Of a DNA stretch of 64,000 bases, positions 37,909 to 48,445 are shown piece by piece. The position numbers were made by a program, and so were the translations under genes. The notes beneath the pieces were generated by a model, which made no database searches, was not told the origin of the DNA, and was given only the letters and a program-made list of their open reading frames with translations. The stretch's first letter is position 1, and each line of letters begins with the position of its first letter. The stretch comes from a virus, in IMG/VR virus record IMGVR_UViG_3300045812_000062. The stretch is one strand, 5' to 3'.

Positions 37909-38187
37909 TCAATCCTCAAATCCAAGTTTGATGTCTTTATCAACGGTGCCTTCGATCTCATTAAAAACTTTGAGGAAATTGTCATCAGCCTCTTTTTCGA
38001 AAACATCGACAAGGCACTTCAAGAGAGCAAATCCAATAATCTCTGAAGCATTATCTACGCCGTACTTTACCATGACGGTATCCAGCAGCCGTTTGTCGAC
38101 ATCAACAATTACTCTTTGTTGATTGCTATCGTCGATCAACCCGATCTTTTTTGCCTGTTCGATTGTTTCCTTGACTGATTTTTGCAT
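37909..38187 (-). CDS. small RHH/antitoxin-like protein
   Basis: RVIVDVDKRLLDTVMVKYGVDNASEIIGFALL beta-alpha-alpha pattern. Confidence 0.45.
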   Translation of the reverse strand: MQKSVKETIEQAKKIGLIDDSNQQRVIVDVDKRLLDTVMVKYGVDNASEIIGFALLKCLVDVFEKEADDNFLKVFNEIEGTVDKDIKLGFED

Positions 38188-38203
38188 CCGATGTCACCAA
38201 TTC

Positions 38204-38386
38204 TCAGACTATTTTCTTTTCTATACGCTCATCGGACTTTGACTGCAACGTTTCCCAGACGCCGTCGCCTTTTCCAAAAAGAGCGCCTGACATAAACAAA
38301 ACTAACCCTAGTGATGAAAAATTTTGTGTTGCCACAATCACAATGCCGATAACAGCACCGATAATCATCAGCGGTCCATGTTTCAT
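38204..38386 (-). CDS. small membrane protein
   Basis: GGAGG RBS; two hydrophobic segments. Confidence 0.6.
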   Translation of the reverse strand: MKHGPLMIIGAVIGIVIVATQNFSSLGLVLFMSGALFGKGDGVWETLQSKSDERIEKKIV

Positions 38387-38504
38387 ATTACACCTCCGAT
38401 TAATCTATTAATTTAGAACAACGGCAATCGCTTTATTTTTCTCAAGTTCACACTCTGACGTTCTTTGTGTTTATACACTTGACGATGCATATGCTTCAAA
38501 CGCC

Positions 38505-38921
38505 TTATCGCCTCAGAATATTGTCGACATCCGTTCTAACCTTCACCAATGTTAGCAATCCATCAAGACGTCGTAAAACTAGCATTTCAGGGTTCGCAGT
38601 TAGCAGCTCATCCATCTGATCGAAAACTTTGGGATCAACATTGTAGCGCGGCACAGCATACTCTTTCTGTCTGGCGACCAAACATGCCAGGTCAGTTGGT
38701 GAGCTTCGAGAAATGGCCCAGCTACCAGGCTTTAAATCTTTTTCAATACGAACAGCTGATTCATGATTATATGGATTTCCATCAGGGAAGGGGGCAGGCC
38801 ATTCCAAAAATGCCAGTTTTGTCGAACCATATTTATCGGCCAGAGCGGTCTTGTCTTCATCTAACAATTTAAGCGTTTTTGGAGGCAGGTTTAAATCTTT
38901 ACGACGCTTTGCTTCACCCAT
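38505..38921 (-). CDS. hypothetical protein with MGEAKRRK N-terminus
   Basis: GAGG RBS; recurrent phage N-terminal motif. Confidence 0.65.
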   Translation of the reverse strand: MGEAKRRKDLNLPPKTLKLLDEDKTALADKYGSTKLAFLEWPAPFPDGNPYNHESAVRIEKDLKPGSWAISRSSPTDLACLVARQKEYAVPRYNVDPKVFDQMDELLTANPEMLVLRRLDGLLTLVKVRTDVDNILRR

Positions 38922-39105
38922 TGTTTAATCCTCTACCCTTTTAATAGCGACCTTTCATTCATTTCGAATTATCAGACAGATATTTTTATTTAGCAAATCA
39001 TCTAGCGAGCTTTTCTGCGTATTTAATTATCAGATCAAACCCGTTCATTTAACTATTAGTCGAACCTATTGACAATTTTTCAGCACTGGCGCATATAGCG
39101 GTTTC

Positions 39106-39825
39106 TTGTCATGGGGGTGCAGGTTGACAACGGTAAATCTTTGGGTTGCATGTAAAGGGTGCCAAAAGCAAATTCCAGTTTCTGCAAAGACATGTCCACA
39201 CTGTGGAAAGTCTCGCCGTCGTATTACACCTTTCAGAATAGGTGTTGGATTTGCCGCAGTAATTGGGATGCTTTGGCTTATTGGGTCCAATAACGATAAG
39301 ACCACCGAGGCACGTGTTGCTGAAGCACCGATTTCAACTAACGTTAACGTGGCTGAAGTCATTCCAACGGATCAAGCTGAGTTCATTAAAACTGTTTCTG
39401 GCTATATTAACGCCTTCAGGAACACAAAGAACGAACTTCAGCAATCCATGTTGCGCGATGAACGGAAGAAATCAATCTTGTATGCTCTCAAGTCCGGCAA
39501 AGCTGTTAGCGGTTGGACGGGAACGATTTCCCACCTTGAGACAACGAGCAAAGGCGACGCCATCCTTGGCATCCGGATTGCCGATAAAACCATCATCAAA
39601 ACTTGGAACAATTCGTTTTCCGATTTGAGCGACAGCACCTTAATCACCAAGGGGTCCACGCTTTTTAACGCGTTATCGTCGATGTCAGTCGGAGACAGTG
39701 TTTCGTTCTCTGGTAGCTTTTCGCCGTCTGACACTGATGGCATCAGAGAGACCAGTGTGACGCTTAGAGGTTCTATGACTGAACCCGAATTCCTTTTCCA
39801 TTTCAAAGATGTCTCACTACGCTAA
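39106..39825 (+). CDS. zinc-ribbon, single-TM protein with extracytoplasmic domain
   Basis: CKGC...CPHCG, TM IGVGFAAVIGMLWLIG; start uncertain. Confidence 0.7.
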   Translation: MSWGCRLTTVNLWVACKGCQKQIPVSAKTCPHCGKSRRRITPFRIGVGFAAVIGMLWLIGSNNDKTTEARVAEAPISTNVNVAEVIPTDQAEFIKTVSGYINAFRNTKNELQQSMLRDERKKSILYALKSGKAVSGWTGTISHLETTSKGDAILGIRIADKTIIKTWNNSFSDLSDSTLITKGSTLFNALSSMSVGDSVSFSGSFSPSDTDGIRETSVTLRGSMTEPEFLFHFKDVSLR

Positions 39826-39837
39826 GGAGAGTGTAAT

Positions 39838-40170
39838 ATGGCTATGATCAGTTGTCCCGAGTGTCAGGAATCCATTAGTGATTCAGCATTCAAATGCCCA
39901 AAATGCGGTGTTCAGTTGAAGAAACTGAAACGAGGCTTCATGGGGAAAATCTTCAAGTGGGGCTTCATTCTCTTTAACCTTCTGATGGCTTGGTGGCTCA
40001 TCGGTGGTTTCATGGCAGCCACGGATGGATACGATAAGCTGAATAGCGCAGAACAAACTGGTGCCGCTATTGGCACAAGTATCGGTGTGATGCTGATCCT
40101 GGGTATCTGGGTTATCGGAGACATTATCTTAGGTCTCTTTGTGATGTTTACCCGTCCGAAGGCGTCGTAA
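39838..40170 (+). CDS. zinc-ribbon, two-TM protein
   Basis: CPECQESISDSAFKCPKCG; AAGGAG RBS. Confidence 0.8.
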   Translation: MAMISCPECQESISDSAFKCPKCGVQLKKLKRGFMGKIFKWGFILFNLLMAWWLIGGFMAATDGYDKLNSAEQTGAAIGTSIGVMLILGIWVIGDIILGLFVMFTRPKAS

Positions 40171-40175
40171 ATTCA

Positions 40176-40205
40176 AAAAGCAGGAGTAGAAATGCTCCTG
40201 CTTTT
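40176..40205 (+). terminator. intrinsic terminator
   Basis: AAAAGCAGGAG/CTCCTGCTTTT 11-bp inverted repeat. Confidence 0.7.
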
Positions 40206-40281
40206 GCCTGTTTATTTTATTTTTTGTTAAATTCAGCCTATGCTCACATAGTAAGCGAATAACATTACCGAGGACCCAATC

Positions 40282-41088
40282 ATGGTTGAAATTCCAGTCG
40301 TAAACACACATGTTAAAATTTCTACTGGAAACAAAGGGTCTCTAAATGACGCTTTTGCTGATGGCCAATCAGTCAGGGTTATTTCATATTCCACGATCCA
40401 CTATGGTCGAACATGCTCTTTCGACAAAGGCGGCGTCTATGAAAACGACCAATATGTAGTTGTGGAAAATGCAAAAGGCCAACGCACTCAGATGTCGACA
40501 GGTAACTTATCTGCGATTGATGGCATCTCTGAAATGATGGCCCGCAGGCCAAAAGAAAATCGACGCCTTGGTGATTTACCGGATACCAAATTCTGGGAAA
40601 TGGACACCGTAAAAGACGAAGAAGGCGAAATCGTCAAGATTCAGCACATTTGGTACGATCAAATCGGCGAGTTCTGCAACGATGGTGTAACGCCGATGTC
40701 CATTTATGCATGCGGTCTAGACGGAAATGGTGTTACCTATCGCCGTGAAAGCTCTCTCACGCTTGTTGAGCGCGGTAACGTCTGGAAACGCGCCCACGGA
40801 GAAGATATGTCTTTCATGTCCACACGTGATGAGATCGATTTCTACATTCTTGTCGGTGACGCAAAGGAAATGCCAAATCCGCGACTTGAAACGGGGCGTT
40901 ACCACTGGACGAAGACCGCAGCCCTCGAATCCATTCGTGACGGTTACGGACACTACTTCTTAGATAAAGCTCACTCAATGGTTCTCGAATTTGACGATGA
41001 GAAGATCGGTGCCATGGCCCGTGACTATTGGTTGAAGCACAACGATCCGAAGTACGATCTTGACGAGGATTACACGCCGTCGATCTAA
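40282..41088 (+). CDS. hypothetical protein with acidic/Pro tail
   Basis: GAGG RBS; ends DLDEDYTPSI. Confidence 0.7.
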   Translation: MVEIPVVNTHVKISTGNKGSLNDAFADGQSVRVISYSTIHYGRTCSFDKGGVYENDQYVVVENAKGQRTQMSTGNLSAIDGISEMMARRPKENRRLGDLPDTKFWEMDTVKDEEGEIVKIQHIWYDQIGEFCNDGVTPMSIYACGLDGNGVTYRRESSLTLVERGNVWKRAHGEDMSFMSTRDEIDFYILVGDAKEMPNPRLETGRYHWTKTAALESIRDGYGHYFLDKAHSMVLEFDDEKIGAMARDYWLKHNDPKYDLDEDYTPSI

Positions 41089-41183
41089 TTTTATCGGCTA
41101 TCCGTCATCGGAAATTCAGATAGCTTACAATCTGAAGCAATATCCGTCTGTTGTACCAGAGGATAGACCATATCGGCCACATA

Positions 41184-41846
41184 TCACAATCCTGGCGCGC
41201 ATGACCGATCCAGTGATAGGATAGCTTCATCAAACCTCTTTTCGAGTACGACCCAAGTTTCGTCGGTGGCCTGCACGCGCCATCTTATTTCCTTTGCGAA
41301 TTTTTGCTTGAATTCAGCGATAGCCATTATTTTAGCTTCTTCTGCATCAAGCGTCGTATCTTCACGAAGCTCGACCATCATTTCAGCAATAGCGAGCTGG
41401 ACATCAAAATCGAAAGTACTCGATTGCGATCTATTATCTAACCATGATCCCTTTAATTTCCAAACATCATACTGCGCGTAGGACTGGAAGGCACGAGACA
41501 TAGCCACACCCAGATCAGCACCAGTAGCCTCTAGGCGTTCTTTCTTTTCCCAATGCTTCATCAATCGCCAATGCAAGTCATACCCGTCTGTGAGGATTGC
41601 GTGTGGCGCGAACTTGCCAATACCAATTGCATCCTGCCGGATTGCATGCGCGCTGCGCTCAGCGGATTGTTTACGAGTTGCCCCATATCCATAAGGGCTA
41701 AAATCAGGATCGGAAACACGTTTTTCAAAGCCGCAATCGAGAACCGCATGCCAGTTACCGTCATTGCGTTGCCTTTGACGCGTGATAATGTGATCGGCGA
41801 AGCTATCAAGTGTTCTCTCATAAAATGGGATTCTGCTAGCTGTCAT
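41184..41846 (-). CDS. hypothetical protein
   Basis: 220-aa ORF; ends LDRSCAPGL. Confidence 0.65.
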   Translation of the reverse strand: MTASRIPFYERTLDSFADHIITRQRQRNDGNWHAVLDCGFEKRVSDPDFSPYGYGATRKQSAERSAHAIRQDAIGIGKFAPHAILTDGYDLHWRLMKHWEKKERLEATGADLGVAMSRAFQSYAQYDVWKLKGSWLDNRSQSSTFDFDVQLAIAEMMVELREDTTLDAEEAKIMAIAEFKQKFAKEIRWRVQATDETWVVLEKRFDEAILSLDRSCAPGL

Positions 41847-42181
41847 AAAAGTGCCATTTCCAGATTGTTCTTTTTATCAATTATGTGGGCTATTTATGAA
41901 TAGCACATCTTACAATTCGTTCCGATTGAAAATGAACGTTTATTACAGGTGAATCTGTGGCGATTTATTGCGAAACAAGCTCAACACAGGCTATTTGAGG
42001 ACGAATTTTTAATAAATTAGAAAATTAAAATCAGGAATTTGTCCGAAATTTTCACATCCGCCCCTTTAAATGAATAAAATAAGTTGACAATCATCCTTTA
42101 ATTATAGGAAATAAGTCGAAGTTATCGATCATCCATAGTTCGTGATTTTTATCGATAAATAAACAAACGAAGGGAATTTAA

Positions 42182-43876
42182 ATGAGTGATGCAGCCAGCC
42201 TGAAACTATCGGCAACAAAGAATGAAACGCCATCGGAGCGCGTGCGCTATCGTAGCCGCACTACGACCGAAGAAGGCCCTCTGGCCAATATTCAGGAAAA
42301 TACGTTCTACAAAATTATTTTCAATCCTGAATTCAGCCCTGAGCAAAAGATGGAATCAGCGGCCAAGGCGCTGGAATTCACTGAGAATAAAGAAGAAAAC
42401 CGCACACGCCTAAAGGAATTCGACTCCTTTAAGGAATATATGAATGCGGTTTCCGAAAAGATGTCGAAGGATCGCATCAAGCTTACCGACACTGAGGTTT
42501 TTGCTGAACTTCAGAAGAACTACGGCGATCTCCAAATTGATCTTGAGGATTTTTTCAACAAAATCCGTCCACTGAATGAAATTATCGATGCGCTTTATAA
42601 GCTTCGTGTCGACGGCAAAACGCGTGCAGTTCTTGATCAGATCCGTGAAGATCAGGAATGGGAAGCCAATATCCTGGTTCAGAAGGAAGATCTTAGCAAC
42701 AAGATCAACGGGATCGTTAATTCGATTCGCCAGACTGAAGCGTCCATCAAGGATCTTGAAGTCAACAACGTTGCACTAGCTCAGGATAAGGGATTTTTCG
42801 GGTACGGCCAAATCAAGGCTGCTTCGATGACACAGATCAAGGTCAACGAAAAGCTGATGGAAGATCGCCGTCAGGAAATCGTGAAGCTACAGGAGAGCGT
42901 CGAAGTTTTCCGTGGAGATCTTAACAAGCTCGATAGCGACATCTCAGAGCGCATGAGCAACCGCCCTGACTCGTTTGAAATCGGCAAGCTTCGTGAACTT
43001 CTCGACCTGACCAGTGATCAGCATACTCAGCGGCAGGCTGACATGGTTGCTGCGGCGCTGAAGTTCGTCGAATCCGGTAAAGAGCGTTTTGGTTCTATTC
43101 GCAATTCTTTGGACAAAATGGTTACGCAGATCGACGGTCTTGGTGACAACAATACCAGCATGATCCAGATCACGGCCGTTCTTAACGAAGCGACCAAAGT
43201 TGCAGAAACGTCGAACCAGAAGAAGCGTGAAGAATATTCAAAGATTCCGGATGACGCAAATCTGATTGAAAAGATGCGCCTTCAAACGCTTCAGCAGGAT
43301 ATCGAAGAGCATATCGATGTTCTTAATACGGCAGCTGTTGATACGATGCAGTCGTATGGCGAACTGACAACCGAAGCGATCAAGATTCGTAACATGCAGG
43401 CGGCCACTAAGAAGCAGGTCGAGTCCGCTCGGACGATGCATTCTCGCGGCATTGCAAGTGTTGCAAGTCAGCTGAGTACGGTACTGACAGCAGTTAATGC
43501 TGCTGGCATTACTGAAGCTCATGCGATGGCAGCTAATACGCTCAACGAAATGACCCGTGTGACCAATGAAATCGCTCAGAAGGAAGCAATTCGTATTGCG
43601 ACCTCTCGCGATGATGTGAATAGCGATCTTGAAGCTCTGCTGAAGACCCTTGAAGATTTCGGCGACACTCAGCGTGAAGCAACCGACATCACTCGTGGGG
43701 CGCTTTCCGACATTCGTCATAACATGGCTGCACTTGAAGGTCTGTCGCGCGACGTTCAGGACGAAACCCGTGAATTCGTGGGTGTCGCGGCCGATGTCGT
43801 TGGCAACGATAAATCAAAGGTCGAAAAGCCTAAGAATACGGGCGCTGCTTCGCCATTCAACATTTCGGGGGTATAA
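42182..43876 (+). CDS. all-helical coiled-coil protein, C-terminal half TelA (toxic anion resistance)-like
   Basis: AAGGG RBS; helical pattern of the C-terminal ~150 aa resembles TelA by eye; TAATG coupling to the ATPase. Confidence 0.6.
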   Translation: MSDAASLKLSATKNETPSERVRYRSRTTTEEGPLANIQENTFYKIIFNPEFSPEQKMESAAKALEFTENKEENRTRLKEFDSFKEYMNAVSEKMSKDRIKLTDTEVFAELQKNYGDLQIDLEDFFNKIRPLNEIIDALYKLRVDGKTRAVLDQIREDQEWEANILVQKEDLSNKINGIVNSIRQTEASIKDLEVNNVALAQDKGFFGYGQIKAASMTQIKVNEKLMEDRRQEIVKLQESVEVFRGDLNKLDSDISERMSNRPDSFEIGKLRELLDLTSDQHTQRQADMVAAALKFVESGKERFGSIRNSLDKMVTQIDGLGDNNTSMIQITAVLNEATKVAETSNQKKREEYSKIPDDANLIEKMRLQTLQQDIEEHIDVLNTAAVDTMQSYGELTTEAIKIRNMQAATKKQVESARTMHSRGIASVASQLSTVLTAVNAAGITEAHAMAANTLNEMTRVTNEIAQKEAIRIATSRDDVNSDLEALLKTLEDFGDTQREATDITRGALSDIRHNMAALEGLSRDVQDETREFVGVAADVVGNDKSKVEKPKNTGAASPFNISGV

Positions 43877-46002
43877 TGAAACATACAGTTCGCGGCAGTG
43901 AATATCTGGCCGACTTCACGAACTTCAAGCTGAAGGGGCGTGATGCCGATCTCGAACGCATCTCGTCTATCCTGATGCGAAAGACGTCGAACTCTCTCCT
44001 GCTGGTAGGTCCAGCAGGAGTAGGGACGTCTGCACTTATGCTTGGTCTTCAGGCCTCCAAGAATGATCCGGAAGCTCCATTCGACATCGTGTCCAAGCGA
44101 TTGTTCTGGCTTGACACCGATTCACTTTTTGCAAGTGGTGACGGCGCTGAAATCAATTCAGATTTCCAGAAGATTCTGCGCCAGCTGGAAGCGACACCTG
44201 AATCTGTCTTGATTATCGAGAACACATTCAACTTCATCGAAGCAGCGCGCAACACGGGCAATCCGCACTTTATCAATGCGCTCAATCTGCTCGTCCGCAA
44301 AGACAAGACCCAGGTTATCCTTGAGGTTCGCGACGAACAGCTTACACAGGTTCTCAAGTGGCATTCCGACGTCGCAGAAGCATACACGCTTTACGATGTT
44401 CAGGAACCAGTTGGCGCAATCCTGCAGGAAATCGTCTACGAAGTCTCTATCGGTTTGGCTGATTTCCATAAGGTCCAAATCGATGATAGCGCAGTTCTTG
44501 AGGCCATCAGACTGACGAGCAAGTATCGTGACAGCCTGGGTCTCGGCGGCGCACAACCTGCACGAGCTATTTCATTGCTCGACAGGGCGCTTTCAAGCTA
44601 TCGGCAGCAAGCTCATCGCAAGCATCCTATCCTTGTAAAGCTGGAACTCGATATCCAGAACGAAACCGACAAGGCAAAGGTACTCGAACTACAGAGCAAA
44701 CACCTTCAGATCACAAAGGATTGGGACGCCCTCCAGACCGAAATTCGCAAGACGTACAAGTCTCAACGCGATGGCGAAGAACTTTTGTTCAAGCTACATG
44801 ACGATCTGGAAGCCGCACGCAAAAAGAAGCAGCCAGAACCTGAGTTTGCGGTAGCTCCTCAGTCCTTTGCGGAAATTGCTGGATCAGGATTGGAATCGCC
44901 TGAAGCCGCTAAGATCAATACGAACATTCGTGCTATCGAAGCGGAAGTTGCCGCAAATCGTGATCGTCACAATGAGCTGGTTTTGATTGCAAACCGCGAT
45001 CTGCTACTCGACAGCAGAGCCGTTGTTTCCGAGTTTAGCAAGATTTCCGGCATCGCAGCTGATAAGCTTGATGCCAATGAAATGGAAAACCTGCGTAACC
45101 TTGAAGCAAATCTGCTTTCTCGTATTTATGGTCAGGATGACGCAGTTAAGCACATCGCCAACTCGATCAAGGTTGCGAAGGTCGATGACCTTAATGAAGC
45201 TGGTCCAGCCGCAAGTTACCTGCTCCTAGGTCCTTCTGGTGTGGGCAAGACCGAAATTGCAAAGGCTCTTGCGCAGTATGTAGGTGGTGATGAATCGGCC
45301 CTTGAGCGCTTTGATATGTCCGAATACATGGAGAAGCATGCAGCGGCAAAGCTCATTGGCGCACCTCCCGGATATGAAGGTTTTGAAGCTGGCGGTATCC
45401 TGACAAACAAGGTCCGAAAGAAGCCTGTAGGCATCTACCTGTTCGATGAAATCGAAAAGGCGCATCCTGATGTTTTCAATATCTTCCTTCAGATTTTGTC
45501 TGATGGTCGTCTGACTGATAATATCGGACGAACGGTAGATTTCAGCGAAGTCATTATCATTATGACCTCGAATATCGGTCAGCCATTCTATCTGGACGTC
45601 AATCTCACCGACGAACAGGCTCAGACCTATGCGACCGAAGAGCTGAATAAAACCTACCGTTCCGAGCTACTAAACCGCTTTAACGGTCGCGAAAACATTC
45701 TGCACTTCAAGCGTCTCGGAATTGATAATATTCAGAAAATTATCAAGCGTGAAATTACCAAGCTTAACAAATCTTATGAAAAGCGCGGTTTGGTAATCAA
45801 CATTTCCGACGAGTCCATTAGGCAGTTCTGTGAATGCCATTATGATCCGACAAGAGGCGCTCGTGGCCTTCCTGGTTACATCAAGGCTAACTTGCGTCCG
45901 ATTATCGTAAACCACATTCTGGAAAACCCGGAACAGGTTGGCGTATTCGAGGTGGCGTTTAACAGCGAAACCAGGAATTTCGTAGTCGAATTCAAGGACT
46001 AA
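43876..46002 (+). CDS. ClpB-like AAA+ ATPase with degenerate NBD1 and intact NBD2
   Basis: NBD1 GPAGVGTS / IIENTF; NBD2 GPSGVGKTE, RFDMSEYME, KLIGAPPGYEG, LFDEIEKAHPDVFNIFLQILSDGRLTD; no N-domain. Confidence 0.9.
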   Translation: MKHTVRGSEYLADFTNFKLKGRDADLERISSILMRKTSNSLLLVGPAGVGTSALMLGLQASKNDPEAPFDIVSKRLFWLDTDSLFASGDGAEINSDFQKILRQLEATPESVLIIENTFNFIEAARNTGNPHFINALNLLVRKDKTQVILEVRDEQLTQVLKWHSDVAEAYTLYDVQEPVGAILQEIVYEVSIGLADFHKVQIDDSAVLEAIRLTSKYRDSLGLGGAQPARAISLLDRALSSYRQQAHRKHPILVKLELDIQNETDKAKVLELQSKHLQITKDWDALQTEIRKTYKSQRDGEELLFKLHDDLEAARKKKQPEPEFAVAPQSFAEIAGSGLESPEAAKINTNIRAIEAEVAANRDRHNELVLIANRDLLLDSRAVVSEFSKISGIAADKLDANEMENLRNLEANLLSRIYGQDDAVKHIANSIKVAKVDDLNEAGPAASYLLLGPSGVGKTEIAKALAQYVGGDESALERFDMSEYMEKHAAAKLIGAPPGYEGFEAGGILTNKVRKKPVGIYLFDEIEKAHPDVFNIFLQILSDGRLTDNIGRTVDFSEVIIIMTSNIGQPFYLDVNLTDEQAQTYATEELNKTYRSELLNRFNGRENILHFKRLGIDNIQKIIKREITKLNKSYEKRGLVINISDESIRQFCECHYDPTRGARGLPGYIKANLRPIIVNHILENPEQVGVFEVAFNSETRNFVVEFKD

Positions 46003-46064
46003 CAACGATTAGTGGCGTCAGGCAATAAAGTTTGACGCTACACTTTTAAAACTCCGAGGATAAT

Positions 46065-46685
46065 ATGGAAGATATCAAAAAGTTCTTATCGAACAGTCGG
46101 TTTATTATCCAGTTTCTGGCTGGATTGCACTTTGTGTGGGATCGCGTCCTCGGACCTCCGCGCCGTATTCTCCTTAAAGTTCTCGGACGTTTTTTCAATT
46201 GGTATAAGGCCACTTGGAACCGCTATACATATGATAAATATGGTGGCTTCGTTTATAAGAGGGCAGGGATCATGACCACGGCAACGCTGGCGGTTCTCAT
46301 CATGATCCCAACATTTATCAGCCTATCATTTAATGCTGCTTTATTTTTCACGACATATCGCAGCGAACGGGTATATCTTTTCAATTCTGAAGAGATTTAT
46401 CCCGATGATAATATTTGGTCCATTCGTGGGTGCGAAATGGTGAACTGTGCTACAGAAAGCCTCTATTTCCGAGTGGCTCCATCACTTTTCAATCAAATCT
46501 GGAGTGTAATCTACAATCGGGAATTGTTCCTTGCTGACGACATTGCATCAGGCGTCCCTCCCGGCAAGACTGAATGTCATATTATTTCATACGGTGTCCG
46601 CATTAAGACCCTTATGAAGCGGTACGAAATTTACCCAGATGCTCTCTATATTGCCTGTGATGGCAAGAGACTTATGGACAATTAG
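46065..46685 (+). CDS. membrane protein, third gene of the operon (weak DUF1523 resemblance)
   Basis: GAGGA RBS; TM GIMTTATLAVLIMIPTFISLSF; C-terminal SYGVRIK...IYPDA. Confidence 0.65.
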   Translation: MEDIKKFLSNSRFIIQFLAGLHFVWDRVLGPPRRILLKVLGRFFNWYKATWNRYTYDKYGGFVYKRAGIMTTATLAVLIMIPTFISLSFNAALFFTTYRSERVYLFNSEEIYPDDNIWSIRGCEMVNCATESLYFRVAPSLFNQIWSVIYNRELFLADDIASGVPPGKTECHIISYGVRIKTLMKRYEIYPDALYIACDGKRLMDN

Positions 46686-47265
46686 TCTCTTTGGACTTGT
46701 GCGTTTAAATATTTTTCAAACAGTTGGATTTGTGAAATTGACTGGCCTTAAATTTGATAAAAAAATAGTATCATCAAATCGCTTCCCATCGGGTGCATGG
46801 CAGATAACTCACTGTATTGAGAACGATCAGATTGTTAGCATCGATCTCGGCTGGCAAGAAGAAGACACAGGCATCGAATATCGCCATATTGGTATTTTCA
46901 ATGAAGAAAATGATGCTGACTTTGTCATTCAAAAATTAGAATCGATTGCAGCTGTAAAAGACATTAAGACGATTTTAAGTGATAATGGGTTTTCGAAGTA
47001 TAATCCGACTGGATTTTCTAACGGGCAATCAACATACGCCGTTGAAATTGATGAAGGCTTATCGAATGCCTTTATTGAATTTGACCCGCATGGGAACGGA
47101 ACGAGATTGCGTTATGTTATTGCTGGCAAAACCTATCATGTGACTGATATTGCGACAATTCAACTCGATACCCGTGATACGAAACTAGCGACACTTGGAA
47201 AGCCCGAAGAAATTGCCGTCACTCTTCTTTGCGAACTGGTGAAGTCCATAATTGCTTCTGGTTAA
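46639..47265 (+). CDS. hypothetical protein (start uncertain)
   Basis: 208-aa ORF. Confidence 0.55.
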   Translation: MLSILPVMARDLWTISLFGLVRLNIFQTVGFVKLTGLKFDKKIVSSNRFPSGAWQITHCIENDQIVSIDLGWQEEDTGIEYRHIGIFNEENDADFVIQKLESIAAVKDIKTILSDNGFSKYNPTGFSNGQSTYAVEIDEGLSNAFIEFDPHGNGTRLRYVIAGKTYHVTDIATIQLDTRDTKLATLGKPEEIAVTLLCELVKSIIASG

Positions 47266-47327
47266 TTAGTGAATTCTGTCTGGATCATTAGAGAGTAAAA
47301 TCTGCAAAAAAAACAAAGGGAATAACC

Positions 47328-48062
47328 ATGACCAATTCTGATTTGAGAGTGACGGCATTAAGCGCATTGGCGGATGCCAATGTTCCTGTTGACGTTCAGG
47401 AACTGCTACTCCATGGCAATGACCGACTAGGCGTATCTTCTGGATCTCTCGACAAGCTAATTGATGTATTAACGGCTTCTATCAAGACAGATATCGAAGC
47501 ACCTCAGAATAGGCTTTCCGCTTATGCCCCCGAAAAGGATACCTTGATCGGCTATGTGTCTGCAGAAGACGAATGCGGTTCTGATCCCAATGATCCTTGG
47601 AGCGAGACCGTGTTCATCAGCGACCGCAAGACGGATCTGTACGAATACCCTGTCTACCGTGTTCCTGTGACCCGCAATCGCATTTTGGAAGGCGTCCAGG
47701 ACATCTGCGCCCAAATCGCCAAGGAAGGTGAGTTTTGCGATCCTTCTTCACACGCTAGTCGCGCAAAATTCTGGCGTGCAAAGGCCGCGCTTGAAATCAG
47801 TGAAAAGATCGATGCACTCAAGAACCATGATTTTTTTGCGTTCGAACGTACAGAAGTGCATCTTGTTGAGCGTGAAGATGACGCATTCATCGCTGTCCGC
47901 AATCTTCTCATGCCCTCGTTCGCCGGATTACATGTCATCGCTCGACGACCAAAGCTGATGACCAATGATGAATGGCGTCCTTTGGCTCAAACCATTATTG
48001 ATGCCCTCAGACGTAAAGGTCCCGTGAATTATCCGGTAGCGCCAGCAAAGGAAGACAACTAA
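47328..48062 (+). CDS. hypothetical phage-like protein
   Basis: AAGGG RBS; 244 aa. Confidence 0.65.
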   Translation: MTNSDLRVTALSALADANVPVDVQELLLHGNDRLGVSSGSLDKLIDVLTASIKTDIEAPQNRLSAYAPEKDTLIGYVSAEDECGSDPNDPWSETVFISDRKTDLYEYPVYRVPVTRNRILEGVQDICAQIAKEGEFCDPSSHASRAKFWRAKAALEISEKIDALKNHDFFAFERTEVHLVEREDDAFIAVRNLLMPSFAGLHVIARRPKLMTNDEWRPLAQTIIDALRRKGPVNYPVAPAKEDN

Positions 48063-48064
48063 GA

Positions 48065-48445
48065 ATGGCAACGCCCTATCCAGCGCAAATCCAAGTCATC
48101 ATGGACAATCTTATGCACGACAATGAGGATGTTCCACTAAAGTTTATCGCCAATATTTTCGAGGTCGAAGGCGAGGACGCCAAGCGCCTCCTTCAGGAGA
48201 TGAAGGATTATGCTTCGGGACTAAAGTTGGGTTTTACCGAAAGCACTCTTGAGGAAATCGACACCCCAATTTTTGCAGACCCCGCCTCGATTTATTCACC
48301 TATGTCGCAGTTCTTTGCACAGTATGATTTGGCTATCATCAAGCTCCAACGAAGTCGAAGTGGAGGATATTTCATTGAGGCTGGAACGCCTTGGCGGCTC
48401 GAAACTGACAGGATTCAGAAGGTTTGGCGAACAGTTCGCATTTGA
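48065..48445 (+). CDS. hypothetical protein
   Basis: Packed ORF. Confidence 0.6.
   Translation: MATPYPAQIQVIMDNLMHDNEDVPLKFIANIFEVEGEDAKRLLQEMKDYASGLKLGFTESTLEEIDTPIFADPASIYSPMSQFFAQYDLAIIKLQRSRSGGYFIEAGTPWRLETDRIQKVWRTVRI

Noticed and set aside
42084-42112. TTGACA upstream of the coiled-coil/ATPase operon as a sigma70 promoter
   Set aside because: No acceptable -10 box at 16-18 bp spacing.
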